A stretch of 64,000 nt of DNA. It comes from a virus (taxonomy: Duplodnaviria > Caudoviricetes). Under the pieces are notes generated by a model that saw only the letters and a program-made list of their open reading frames with translations, ran no database searches and had not been told where the DNA came from. Position 1 is the first letter of the stretch. Each line of letters opens with the position of its first letter. Below are positions 41,555-50,485 of this stretch, piece after piece. The translations under genes and the position numbers were made by a program. The stretch covers positions 1 to 64,000 of IMG/VR virus record IMGVR_UViG_3300032218_003007. One strand, given 5' to 3'.

Positions 41555-41809
41555 TTATTCAGCAGCTACAACAGCTTCATCTGCGGTAGTTTCAGCAGTA
41601 TCAGCAACAGGTGCAGTAAGTGCGCCTTGAGCTTCTAGGAAGTTCTTGAGACGATCATGCAAGTTACCGACGGCAGACATTTCTTCAGCACGAACTGCGC
41701 CACGCTGTGCAACTACTTGGATCATGTTAAGAGCGACCATAAGGTCGTTAAGGGTTAAAGATGGTGCTGCTGTTTCAGCAGTTGTTGTTTGAGTGACTTC
41801 TTCAGACAT
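41555..41809 (-). CDS. Small acidic hypothetical protein
   Basis: GGAG RBS; late-type ATTAAATA upstream (41846-41853). Confidence 0.8.
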   Translation of the reverse strand: MSEEVTQTTTAETAAPSLTLNDLMVALNMIQVVAQRGAVRAEEMSAVGNLHDRLKNFLEAQGALTAPVADTAETTADEAVVAAE

Positions 41810-41887
41810 AGTGTTATATCTCCATTGTAAAATTATAACTACACATATTTAATGTGTGGCGCAGAGTAAGAAAAAAAATTTGTTGAT

Positions 41888-42187
41888 TTAAAAATCGTAA
41901 GGACTGGTATTTATAGTGTCGAGCATTAAGGCAAAGTAACTAGCTTCGCTTGGTATTTCAAATGATAACCTAGTCTTAAGAACGACACTATTGTGTTCTA
42001 ACCTTTGTAACTCATCATAATAACTATCAAAGCAAAAACGACCTGATAGATTGGTATATACCCAATCAATGATATCTTTTTCGCTAGTCCGTATATCAAA
42101 TACAACTGATATAAAATGAGGAGGACAATGATTTATCCTCCTCAATTCAAATACCGACAATGGGTTTACTTCGCCGTATTTAAGCAT
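41888..42187 (-). CDS. Hypothetical protein
   Basis: 99-aa ORF overlapping the upstream stop codon. Confidence 0.7.
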   Translation of the reverse strand: MLKYGEVNPLSVFELRRINHCPPHFISVVFDIRTSEKDIIDWVYTNLSGRFCFDSYYDELQRLEHNSVVLKTRLSFEIPSEASYFALMLDTINTSPYDF

Positions 42188-42545
42188 CCAGATCGTCAGT
42201 TACAATAGTGATTTTCATCGGACCATTATCAGGTTGCTTAATCTGAATTTTTCCCTGTAGATATGTATCTGCGCTTTGTTTAAAGCTGTCTAGCATATCA
42301 ATATTGCGCATGACCGAAGCAATTTCTATTGCACGACTGAGGTCTTCCAATAGCATCTCAACCTGAAGTAATCGCTGAACGGCATCAGTCAGTTCATCAG
42401 GTGCATTTACATAGGTAGGACTAAGGCTTTGCCCTAAGTCTTTTTCTGCAACGTCAGTGGTACCTTTCATATCAATAGGTTCGCTCAGACCAAGATAGTC
42501 AGCCATCTTTTTTACTGAATTTGGTGACAAAGTAGTAATTTTCAT
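42180..42545 (-). CDS. Hypothetical protein
   Basis: Start reassigned to MKITTL (42545) with AAGGA RBS, avoiding a long overlap with the vWA gene. Confidence 0.7.
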   Translation of the reverse strand: MKITTLSPNSVKKMADYLGLSEPIDMKGTTDVAEKDLGQSLSPTYVNAPDELTDAVQRLLQVEMLLEDLSRAIEIASVMRNIDMLDSFKQSADTYLQGKIQIKQPDNGPMKITIVTDDLDA

Positions 42546-42555
42546 AGTTGATTCC

Positions 42556-43815
42556 TTACTTGACTTTCTTGGATGCAGTTTCATAAATTGCCCATACACC
42601 AAACGGCGGCTTGCACTCAGGGTTGCCCTTGATGATCCAAACTGTATCTGTGTAATGTTCATCGCCCCATTCGCCACAAGGATAACCGTCAGTAAACATG
42701 ATGAACTTCTTGGGTTCGATGCCGTTGTCTTTCATATAACGCCAGTTAGCCATGAAGTCAGTGCCACCACCACCTACAGGCACATAGTTGCCAATGTCTT
42801 CCATATTGTCACTGGTAAACTCTTGATCAGCATAAATTTCAGTATCAAAGCACCAGACTCGAATATTGTATTCGTCATAGGCTTCCATGATACCTTTGAT
42901 TTCGCTCAGAAACACCTTGCTATCTGCTGTTCCAATTGAACCAGACTGATCGATGCCGATGCAGATATCAATCATTTCACCGTTTTTCATGCCAGGCAGA
43001 ATAGCATCCATATGCCAACCGCGACGACTAGGACGAGCAAATGTGAAGTCATTTTTAATTGTACTTTGAATCTGTTGCTCCAGCAATTCCTTCCAGCCAA
43101 TCATAGGCTGGGTAAGGTCCTTGATAAGACGTTTGACACCATTCGGAACATTGCCAGCACCAGCTGCTTGTGCAGCATTAATAATGGCTTCTTTAATTTC
43201 ATCGCGAATCTGGCGGCGATCTTCCGCAGTCAGTTTAACTGGACCACTGCCATTGATGGATTTTTTTCCATCATTGCCTTCAGTGTTGTCCTCGTTATCT
43301 TCACCATCCATGTGCTCATCCAAAAGCATTTTGGTAAGCTGTTCAATATTGATCTTGTCAGCATTTTTATACAGGTCATCATAGACCTCTTCCGCAGATT
43401 TACCAATATACTTTGTATCAAACAGCATGCCAACTACTGTAATCTTTTCACCTACACCGCTTTCAATAAGGTCAGCATTAACACAATAGTCGTCAGCAAT
43501 GTTCCATAATTTTGGATCGCGGTTACCACGACGACCCATGTGATCGTATACGACATGAAGCACTTCATGACCGCATAGAAACTCACATTGTTTCAGTGGC
43601 ATCTTATTAATGAATTCGCTGTTGTAATAGAAGTGACGACCATCAGTTGCAGCAGTCTGACACCAATCATCAGCATTGACCAGCTGAAGGCGAGTAGCAA
43701 GATTTCCATAAAAAGGTTGACGCAGTAATAGACCAATACGAGCTGTAACCAGCTTTTCACGGGCAGCAGCATCGACCTTCGGATTAGTTTTTGTGCGCTC
43801 AGCGATTGCTTCCAT
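42556..43815 (-). CDS. Metallopeptidase-vWA protein (DUF2201-type)
   Basis: TAATDG and HEVLH (HExxH) in the N-terminal half; DQSGS, GGGTDF and FTDG MIDAS motifs in the C-terminal half. Confidence 0.92.
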   Translation of the reverse strand: MEAIAERTKTNPKVDAAAREKLVTARIGLLLRQPFYGNLATRLQLVNADDWCQTAATDGRHFYYNSEFINKMPLKQCEFLCGHEVLHVVYDHMGRRGNRDPKLWNIADDYCVNADLIESGVGEKITVVGMLFDTKYIGKSAEEVYDDLYKNADKINIEQLTKMLLDEHMDGEDNEDNTEGNDGKKSINGSGPVKLTAEDRRQIRDEIKEAIINAAQAAGAGNVPNGVKRLIKDLTQPMIGWKELLEQQIQSTIKNDFTFARPSRRGWHMDAILPGMKNGEMIDICIGIDQSGSIGTADSKVFLSEIKGIMEAYDEYNIRVWCFDTEIYADQEFTSDNMEDIGNYVPVGGGGTDFMANWRYMKDNGIEPKKFIMFTDGYPCGEWGDEHYTDTVWIIKGNPECKPPFGVWAIYETASKKVK

Positions 43816-43842
43816 AGCATACTCCTTACATTATTTACAGAT

Positions 43843-43871
43843 ATTATACTTCTCTGAGGACAACTTGTCAA
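43843..43871 (-). promoter_or_regulatory. Consensus sigma70 promoter for the vWA gene
   Basis: TTGACA-17-TATAAT. Confidence 0.9.
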
Positions 43872-43886
43872 CCGCTTGATCCAATA

Positions 43887-43938
43887 AAAAAGAGGACTTA
43901 CAGCTTTCGCCTGCCTCTAGTCCGTGACTAAGGGACTC
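43887..43938 (-). terminator. Double-hairpin 3' UTR / intrinsic terminator after the AAA+ gene
   Basis: AGUCC-CUUAGUCAC-GGACU hairpin, then AGAGG...GC-GAAA-GC...CCUCU followed by a U run. Confidence 0.6.
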
Positions 43939-43939
43939 G

Positions 43940-45040
43940 TTACTTGCCGCTTGCAGCAATGATGTACTTGCCAAAACGCTGATGAAACTCATCGAAGTTT
44001 TTCATCTTGCCCGGCACCATCGGAAGGTTGTAGGTAGTCAGCGCCACTCGCGCACCCATAACTACCAACTCGGTGGTAAAATTATCCATCATAAACTTGA
44101 GAAAACAGTCAGCCATAGAGTGCCAAGCAGGCATCTTGTCCTTGCCCAATTTCTTATGCTGTTCCTGCAGTTCATAGCACATAGAGATAGTCAGCGAATA
44201 CATTGCCGAGATATCCTTGATCTTGAGTTCCTTGACCCTGCCACTGAGAACATCCTCGGGGTTAGGCATCTGGCCAGCCACCTTGCGATGAGCCATAAAC
44301 TTCACTGCCAATCCTTCACCCACAGTGCCTGAGATAAGGTCGGTAAGCTCAGCGTCGGTAGCATCATCATCCTCGAGAAACTGTGACACAAAGGTCCAGC
44401 TCCGCGGAGTAGCGAATGCCCGACTAGCACTCTTAGCATCAAATTCCATGAGGTCTTGCTTAGCAAAGCTGATATACCCAACAACATCCTTGTGGATGTT
44501 GTTGCCCACAGCCCACTGGAACCAGCTATCAAAGTCAGGTCGGACCTCAAGATGAACAAAACGATTGGCTAACGGACTCGGCATGCGATAGGTCACACCC
44601 TTGTCAGATTCGCGATTGCCAGCAGCTACGATAACCACGTTATCAGGCAGCTTGTACTTGCCGCTGCGACGATTCAAAATCAGCTGATAAGCAGCAGCTT
44701 GCACGGCGGGTGCAGCCGAATTCATCTCGTCCAAGAACAGCACTACAATCGGGTACTGCGAGGCGAGTTCCTCATCAGGCAGGTCAATCGGCGGCGCCCA
44801 ATCCATGACTTCATTGTTCTTATTGAAGAACGGAATGCCACGAATATCAGTAGGTTCCATCTGACCCATACGCAGGTCAATCATATAACCATTGAGGTCT
44901 TCAGTGAGGCCAGCCACCAATTCAGACTTGCCGATACCCGGAGGCCCCCACAAGAACACAGGACGTTTAGCCTTGAACGCCCGAAGAACACGCGAGCGAG
45001 CTTCAGACGGCGTAATAGTACGATTTTCAGTCACGGACAT
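43940..45040 (-). CDS. MoxR-like AAA+ ATPase
   Basis: GPPGIGKS Walker A, LFLDEMN Walker B, AAGNR sensor I, LANRF Arg finger, TPRSW; TAAGGAG RBS. Confidence 0.95.
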   Translation of the reverse strand: MSVTENRTITPSEARSRVLRAFKAKRPVFLWGPPGIGKSELVAGLTEDLNGYMIDLRMGQMEPTDIRGIPFFNKNNEVMDWAPPIDLPDEELASQYPIVVLFLDEMNSAAPAVQAAAYQLILNRRSGKYKLPDNVVIVAAGNRESDKGVTYRMPSPLANRFVHLEVRPDFDSWFQWAVGNNIHKDVVGYISFAKQDLMEFDAKSASRAFATPRSWTFVSQFLEDDDATDAELTDLISGTVGEGLAVKFMAHRKVAGQMPNPEDVLSGRVKELKIKDISAMYSLTISMCYELQEQHKKLGKDKMPAWHSMADCFLKFMMDNFTTELVVMGARVALTTYNLPMVPGKMKNFDEFHQRFGKYIIAASGK

Positions 45041-45071
45041 AAATTACTCCTTAGTCACAATTTGTGCAAGT

Positions 45072-45100
45072 ATTATAGCTTGCGTGCGGTAGCTTGTCAA
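45072..45100 (-). promoter_or_regulatory. Consensus sigma70 promoter for the AAA+ gene
   Basis: TTGACA-17-TATAAT. Confidence 0.9.
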
Positions 45101-45103
45101 CCG

Positions 45104-45355
45104 TTAAACGCAGCCAAACTCCGAAAAATTCACAACGGCTAGCGCCGCCAACGAACGGCTGCTGCCTACACAAAGCTTGTTGCCGACCACATCGGCGCTG
45201 TACCATTCACCTTTGTAATAGTGAACGCTGCCCTGAGTTTTGAGTTCCAAGTCCAACACCGAAAACGCAGTATCGGTAATCGGCCATAACCAGCAAGCCT
45301 GCTCAGCCTCATCCTCATACTCGCATTCCCACGCAATGGCAATCAGGTCACTCAT
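45104..45355 (-). CDS. Small early hypothetical protein
   Basis: Has its own sigma70 promoter and a GGAG RBS. Confidence 0.75.
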   Translation of the reverse strand: MSDLIAIAWECEYEDEAEQACWLWPITDTAFSVLDLELKTQGSVHYYKGEWYSADVVGNKLCVGSSRSLAALAVVNFSEFGCV

Positions 45356-45387
45356 GCTAGATGCTCCGTTTCGTTCAATATGTGCAT

Positions 45388-45416
45388 ATTCTATATAGCC
45401 AAACCAAGCTTGTCAA
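45388..45416 (-). promoter_or_regulatory. sigma70 promoter
   Basis: TTGACA-17-TAGAAT; shares CGGTTGACAAG with the two downstream promoters. Confidence 0.85.
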
Positions 45417-45494
45417 CCGTTTGGCAAAAATAATTTTAGGCGTATAGCAGCATCAATGTGCTGATTGGACAAGTTTCTTTCAAGCAATTTTAAC

Positions 45495-45563
45495 TAAGTG
45501 ATTGATTTTCTTAGATTTTTACTCAGGACTGAACTGTAGCACAGCTTATCTAAGTAATTGATT
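45495..45563 (-). promoter_or_regulatory. Two IHF consensus sites (45495-45507, 45551-45563)
   Basis: AATCAATCACTTA and AATCAATTACTTA both match WATCAANNNNTTR exactly. Confidence 0.6.
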
Positions 45564-45959
45564 TTATTGACTTTCTAGATTGTCTAGATATGAAGCTAAG
45601 TCTCCGGCATGGAGGTTAAGCATGATAGCGTCCTTTTCTCCGAGTACGTAAATATAGCGATTCAAGAGGTAATACGGTTCATCGAACAGGCGTTCTAGCT
45701 GTAGCATTATCTTTGGTGTGACAGTCTGGTTATTATGCAATTGAATTTCATGGAAATGAAATCTTGCCTTGCTACTGAAAAATTTAAATCCTACACGAGT
45801 CAAGCGTAGACTGATAGGATTGATAGGATTTTGCCACCATGCTGCGCGAACATTATCAATAACTGAGAAGTCTATACCAATTTTGGTTAGAACTAGCTCT
45901 TCGTAGAGTCGTTTTTTATCAGGGAAATATCTGTTCGCCTGCACGCAAAAGAACCACAC
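45564..45959 (-). CDS. Hypothetical protein (start uncertain)
   Basis: SLRLTRVG...LERLFDEPYY ORF in the operon. Confidence 0.7.
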   Translation of the reverse strand: MWFFCVQANRYFPDKKRLYEELVLTKIGIDFSVIDNVRAAWWQNPINPISLRLTRVGFKFFSSKARFHFHEIQLHNNQTVTPKIMLQLERLFDEPYYLLNRYIYVLGEKDAIMLNLHAGDLASYLDNLESQ

Positions 45960-46206
45960 TGAACTTATCAGTCTTATAAAGTGAGTTAAGTTTTTTAGCT
46001 AGGTTGATAGCGTGACCTTTGTTACTGAAGCTGACTTTTTTGTACTTAGGTCCTGGATAGTTAACCAGCATATTATATGTTTTGAGATTGATAGGCTGTT
46101 GATTATAAAATACAGCCCAAATCCCTTCACTTGCTAATACTTGATCACTCTTGTATGTAGTTTTGTTTACGTATTCTAACAACACGGTTGGCTTTGGTCT
46201 ACTCAT
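45919..46206 (-). CDS. Hypothetical phage protein (MSRPKP...)
   Basis: AAGGA RBS; late promoter GATAAATA at 46228-46235. Confidence 0.8.
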   Translation of the reverse strand: MSRPKPTVLLEYVNKTTYKSDQVLASEGIWAVFYNQQPINLKTYNMLVNYPGPKYKKVSFSNKGHAINLAKKLNSLYKTDKFSVVLLRAGEQIFP

Positions 46207-46251
46207 CGAATCTTATCCTTGATGAAGTATTTATCCAGATAACATCGTATA

Positions 46252-46479
46252 TTACTTAAAGCCACCGCCATCCATGCCAATCTTAACAACAGCATCAGTT
46301 TCTACTGCTGCTGGACGACGAGTTAAGTCTGCGATCTGAGCCAATAATGCAAACAATTCAGTGTGTAAATTGCGAGCCTCGATTGCAGATAGCACTACGT
46401 CTTTCTTTTGTGTTTGGTTCATTACTCGTACTTTGTCATTGAATAACTTAAGAGGAAGAGCTATGTTTTGATCATTCAT
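46252..46479 (-). CDS. Hypothetical protein
   Basis: ATGA overlap with the upstream gene. Confidence 0.75.
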   Translation of the reverse strand: MNDQNIALPLKLFNDKVRVMNQTQKKDVVLSAIEARNLHTELFALLAQIADLTRRPAAVETDAVVKIGMDGGGFK

Positions 46480-46937
46480 GGTTTGTTTTTCTGTAATTCT
46501 TGTTCTGTGTGAAAAGGTCCACGATGTTCATAGCGATTAACTGCAATAAGTTTTGGGCAGAATATTTCTGACCACACATCGCCCATTTTTATCCAGTAAT
46601 AACCAGCGCAGAAAAAACATTTACTCTTGCTAGATTTAGTATAAACAGGAATACGCTTTTGTAGGTCGTATACTGCATTGAATATCTTGCTATCAGTAGG
46701 ATATCCATAAATTTCTCTCAAACCTGTACTTAGATTCTTACGCTCCAGCCTACTGATCTCAATATTGTATTTTCTCTTCAACAGATTGAAGCTAGGAAAC
46801 ATCTCTCGTCTAGCACCGCTAACGAATGCTACTCCACCGCCTTCATCTACCGCTTGAATAGTAGCTACTTTTCGTCCACTATTTTCAACAATCCAGAATT
46901 TATTTTTCACAATTGGCTTTGCGATTAAAATGCTCAT
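46476..46937 (-). CDS. Hypothetical protein
   Basis: ATGA overlap; YTKSSKSKCFFCAGYY...FCPK motif. Confidence 0.8.
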   Translation of the reverse strand: MSILIAKPIVKNKFWIVENSGRKVATIQAVDEGGGVAFVSGARREMFPSFNLLKRKYNIEISRLERKNLSTGLREIYGYPTDSKIFNAVYDLQKRIPVYTKSSKSKCFFCAGYYWIKMGDVWSEIFCPKLIAVNRYEHRGPFHTEQELQKNKP

Positions 46938-47209
46938 TGGCTAATGATCTCCATACTTACGATCTGTGCAATACGTTCTGACAATGACTCTTCTTCACTG
47001 ACTACATATGTAAATGAACGATTTCGATCAGTTTTTCTTTCGTATTTGTGAACCTGTATTACAGTGCCGCCACGGGCAGGCAAAACTTTAAGAGAAAACG
47101 AGTCGGTCATGTTTATTTCGTCAAGAATAGAAATACTACCGAGTTTTGTGTTTTCATTCCCCCACGATTCTCTAACTTTGTTTTCAAACCAATCATTAAA
47201 CCATTTCAT
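46934..47209 (-). CDS. Hypothetical protein
   Basis: Start reassigned to MKWFND (47209) with AAGGA RBS. Confidence 0.7.
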   Translation of the reverse strand: MKWFNDWFENKVRESWGNENTKLGSISILDEINMTDSFSLKVLPARGGTVIQVHKYERKTDRNRSFTYVVSEEESLSERIAQIVSMEIISQ

Positions 47210-48206
47210 ATTTTTTTCCTTCAGGATAAGCAGCACATAGGAAATCTACATAGTTTTGTGCTTGATCGCTGATACGATTCAGCGCATATTTTCCACAAAA
47301 TTTTAGAAACTTGGTGCCTACTTGAGATACATTCTTGGGCACTGAATTAACTGTGATAGTTTCATTGATCCATTCACGCACTCGTGCAGGTTGCGCAGAC
47401 AAATCTACTAAAATACGATTTCGCTCATAATCATCTAATACTCGATGCTCTTCACCATTATGATCAACCCAACGTTGCAGCATCAGGTTATTCCACGCAA
47501 AACCTTTTCTGGACCTATCCTGATATGCTTCTTGCAATCCTACTTTGTTTTTCGTGCCTTTAGTCCTGACGCCGGGAAATGCACTGAATACGTTATCTGA
47601 TGGGTCGCCACGCATGCATTTTTCAAAAAGGATCCACTGTGGATCTGGGATTTTTTTTGGTTCCTTAGTTTTCTTATCTTGCACTGGGGCACCTTTTTTG
47701 TCAAAAATGCCTTCAATCGTGTGTAATTCATCGGTTATGCCATTATATTGTTTTACGTTCGGTGCTAGCAATTGATGAAAGTCAGTGTCACTGCTGACAA
47801 TAATGTGTTGATCATTAGTATGAGTCTGAATCCAGCCAGCAATAAGATCATCTGCTTCTAGTTCAGCATGACGCAGACAAGTGCAGTTAGTCTTTTCTTC
47901 TAGAAAAGTTTTTAGGTCATCTAGTCCTTGCCAGAATAGTTTGTCTTCAATCTGTTCTGATTCATTCAAGGCAGCACGCGCCACTGCACGATTCTTTTTA
48001 TAAGGTTCGTAAAAGTCTTTGCGCCAGCTACGACCTTCGAGACAGATAACCACATGATCAGCATGCTGTTCTCGCCAGGCTTTAGCAATACTGTTCAGTG
48101 TTACATGAACTGCAAAAGCTACTTTTTCTTCCGAGTCCTGCGAACGATGCGCAGAAAACCGAGCACGAAAATAAGTGTTTGTTAGGTCTACAAGTAAATA
48201 TTTCAT
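47196..48206 (-). CDS. rnh: T4-type RNase H / 5'-3' flap exonuclease
   Basis: YLLVD, SWRKDFY.PYK.NR, EADDLIA, SSDTDF.QL and GDPSDNV motifs. Start MKYLL (48206) lies 7 nt after TTGCCG-17-TATCAT. Confidence 0.92.
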   Translation of the reverse strand: MKYLLVDLTNTYFRARFSAHRSQDSEEKVAFAVHVTLNSIAKAWREQHADHVVICLEGRSWRKDFYEPYKKNRAVARAALNESEQIEDKLFWQGLDDLKTFLEEKTNCTCLRHAELEADDLIAGWIQTHTNDQHIIVSSDTDFHQLLAPNVKQYNGITDELHTIEGIFDKKGAPVQDKKTKEPKKIPDPQWILFEKCMRGDPSDNVFSAFPGVRTKGTKNKVGLQEAYQDRSRKGFAWNNLMLQRWVDHNGEEHRVLDDYERNRILVDLSAQPARVREWINETITVNSVPKNVSQVGTKFLKFCGKYALNRISDQAQNYVDFLCAAYPEGKKYEMV

Positions 48207-48251
48207 ACTGAACATGATAACATCATGAAAAAAGAACGGCAAAGATTTTGG

Positions 48252-48635
48252 CTAAGAAATACCAGATTTACCGTCGCCGTAGTCTTCATAGCCTGTTTTT
48301 CGCACGGTAGCATAGTTCGCTTCCCATTGTTCATAGTTTTCAGCTAACACATTTCGGCAAACATCTCTGAACCATAAATCTACCATATCAGAGTCAGTCT
48401 TGCCTTTGTATCCAGCTCGTACTAAATTGGTGATGAATTTATCATTCCAATCTAATTCAAAGGCGCCGTTGCCGATGTTGTCTGGATCTAGTTCGACATT
48501 GAGAATCGCTACATAAGGTTCGCCTTTTTTGGTAGCAATTTCTTTGGCAGTCTTCTTAGGTTTTGGCGCAGGGTTTGGTGATTCAGTTTGATCAGAAACA
48601 GGTTTCTTATTTTTAAAAATATCAAATAATGCCAT
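48252..48635 (-). CDS. Hypothetical protein
   Basis: Start MALFD (48635) immediately after the queE stop; GAFELDWN motif. Confidence 0.75.
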   Translation of the reverse strand: MALFDIFKNKKPVSDQTESPNPAPKPKKTAKEIATKKGEPYVAILNVELDPDNIGNGAFELDWNDKFITNLVRAGYKGKTDSDMVDLWFRDVCRNVLAENYEQWEANYATVRKTGYEDYGDGKSGIS

Positions 48636-48636
48636 G

Positions 48637-49467
48637 TTATGTACCCCAACTATTTTTGAAAAGTGGCACTTGTAAACGATCACTGTAACGAAGACCATGC
48701 TTCATTGCTAGATCTGCCACTCGACGATTATTTAGTGCATACACAGATTCAGTGCCCCCCACTGGCATTAAATACACTGGACCTTGAAATCCTGTGTCAC
48801 GATAAATGTCAATCACTTCCAATGCTTCAGCAGCGTCTTCTTCGGTAGCTATTACAAACTTCAAATATGTATAGCCTACATTTGCATATTCCTTTACAAT
48901 TTCAGGATTGATCGAATCTTTACGAGATTCTCCGCTACAGCTCAATTTAGGACTCACACTAAATGTGACTTCTTCCCAATCCCAAATATTTAATGCACTG
49001 ATTAATTCTCGACTTAGCGTTTGAGTTCCATTTGTCTCAAAAGTAATTTCTTGAACATTTCGCATTTTTTCGTGCATCAATAAATCAGGATAACACCGCT
49101 GCCACCCAAGTAGTGGTTCGCCGCCAGTGATGACTAGATGTTCATCTCGCCATTCACCATGTGGCAGCAGTGTCATGATCTGTTCTACGATCTGCTCTGA
49201 ATCCATTATAGGACTCATATGCTTGAAGTTATGATGCCAACTGGCATAACTATCGCAACCAGTGGATACCAACGGTAGATCTCGATAGTCTGCATACTTG
49301 TTGGCATCAATATCATCAGCTTCAGTGCTGAGTTGTCCTCGTGGCATACCGAAGCCCTTACAAGAAAAATTGCAGCCAAAGGTGCGCAGAAAGATACTAG
49401 GAACTCCCATGTATCTGCCTTCTCCCTGGATACTATAGAAGAGTTCAGAGATCTTGATCTTGCTCAT
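48637..49467 (-). CDS. queE: 7-carboxy-7-deazaguanine synthase (radical SAM)
   Basis: ELFYSIQGEG, FLRTFGCNFSC...GCD, ITGGEP, ETNGT, SVSPK, YLMP motifs. Confidence 0.95.
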   Translation of the reverse strand: MSKIKISELFYSIQGEGRYMGVPSIFLRTFGCNFSCKGFGMPRGQLSTEADDIDANKYADYRDLPLVSTGCDSYASWHHNFKHMSPIMDSEQIVEQIMTLLPHGEWRDEHLVITGGEPLLGWQRCYPDLLMHEKMRNVQEITFETNGTQTLSRELISALNIWDWEEVTFSVSPKLSCSGESRKDSINPEIVKEYANVGYTYLKFVIATEEDAAEALEVIDIYRDTGFQGPVYLMPVGGTESVYALNNRRVADLAMKHGLRYSDRLQVPLFKNSWGT

Positions 49468-49468
49468 T

Positions 49469-49894
49469 TTATACCTCTACCGTAACACTACATTTACGTG
49501 TTTCTTCAATGTCTACCCGAATCAATTTGGCATCTGTTCCAGACAACTGAATAGGACCAATAACATCTACCAAATACTGCCCCATATTTTCTGCAGTAGG
49601 ATTAAACGGAACGATAACTACACCATGTGGATCTAATGCTGAAATAGGTGATGCCCATGAATCCTGATCCCACAGAAGAAACTTATGATCCCAGTTGTCT
49701 TCTAGCCAGCTGCACAGCAATTCCTTGATCACACTAAAGTCTAGCACTCGACCAATATTGTCTAGCTGTGGCGCTTCAATCGTGAAATGAACACGATAGT
49801 TATGCCCATGCATATGAGCACATTTGCTTTCATGTTGAAAAACTCGATGCCCTGCACTAAAATCATGATACCGACTTGCTGTGATTTTAGTCAT
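49469..49894 (-). CDS. queD: 6-carboxy-5,6,7,8-tetrahydropterin synthase
   Basis: FSAGH, CAHMHGHNY (CxxxHGH), LDFS, WDH, PTAEN and ET motifs. Confidence 0.95.
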   Translation of the reverse strand: MTKITASRYHDFSAGHRVFQHESKCAHMHGHNYRVHFTIEAPQLDNIGRVLDFSVIKELLCSWLEDNWDHKFLLWDQDSWASPISALDPHGVVIVPFNPTAENMGQYLVDVIGPIQLSGTDAKLIRVDIEETRKCSVTVEV

Positions 49895-50087
49895 TGTTGG
49901 AACCCTTCATTGCATCGCCGATCGCATGATTACGATTGACACGAACTTTAGACTGTTCTTGCGTTGCTGTTACCCACATACGAATGAATAATTTAAACAT
50001 AGAAGGATCCTTTAGTGACAGTGACAGACCGCGTGCCTGACTCTTGATTGCCTTTGGTACATTTGTTGATTTGCTTGTATACGCCAT
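49887..50087 (-). CDS. Small hypothetical protein
   Basis: AAGGA RBS; overlaps the queD start. Confidence 0.7.
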   Translation of the reverse strand: MAYTSKSTNVPKAIKSQARGLSLSLKDPSMFKLFIRMWVTATQEQSKVRVNRNHAIGDAMKGSNND

Positions 50088-50164
50088 TTATTTTTCCTTG
50101 TGCTTGATTTTAGTACGTTTGTGCTAGATTTTAGCACAATTTAGTGTTGTCAATCAGTTGACTT

Positions 50165-50485
50165 TCAACATAAAATATTTTCTTCATGTAAAAGTTCTTT
50201 CATATTATGTTTCCATATGTGCTTATCGAACTTTAAAATAAACATCAATGCTACACTAGCATCTTCTGCACAAAAATACAAACGTACTGGCACCATATCT
50301 GGTCCTATAAAACACCATTTGCTGTTGCCATATGCTAGATAATGTTTAGTAAAAATTTGTCCCCATGAACCTGACTCTATTCTAGAATTTACCTTGCCGC
50401 CGATATTGCGATACCATTCAACTATTTCTTCTGTGATTGTATCAAGATCAATGGCAATAGGATTCAACCAGTTGCTTATGTTCAT
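50165..50485 (-). CDS. Hypothetical protein
   Basis: TAATG coupling to the upstream gene. Confidence 0.7.
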   Translation of the reverse strand: MNISNWLNPIAIDLDTITEEIVEWYRNIGGKVNSRIESGSWGQIFTKHYLAYGNSKWCFIGPDMVPVRLYFCAEDASVALMFILKFDKHIWKHNMKELLHEENILC

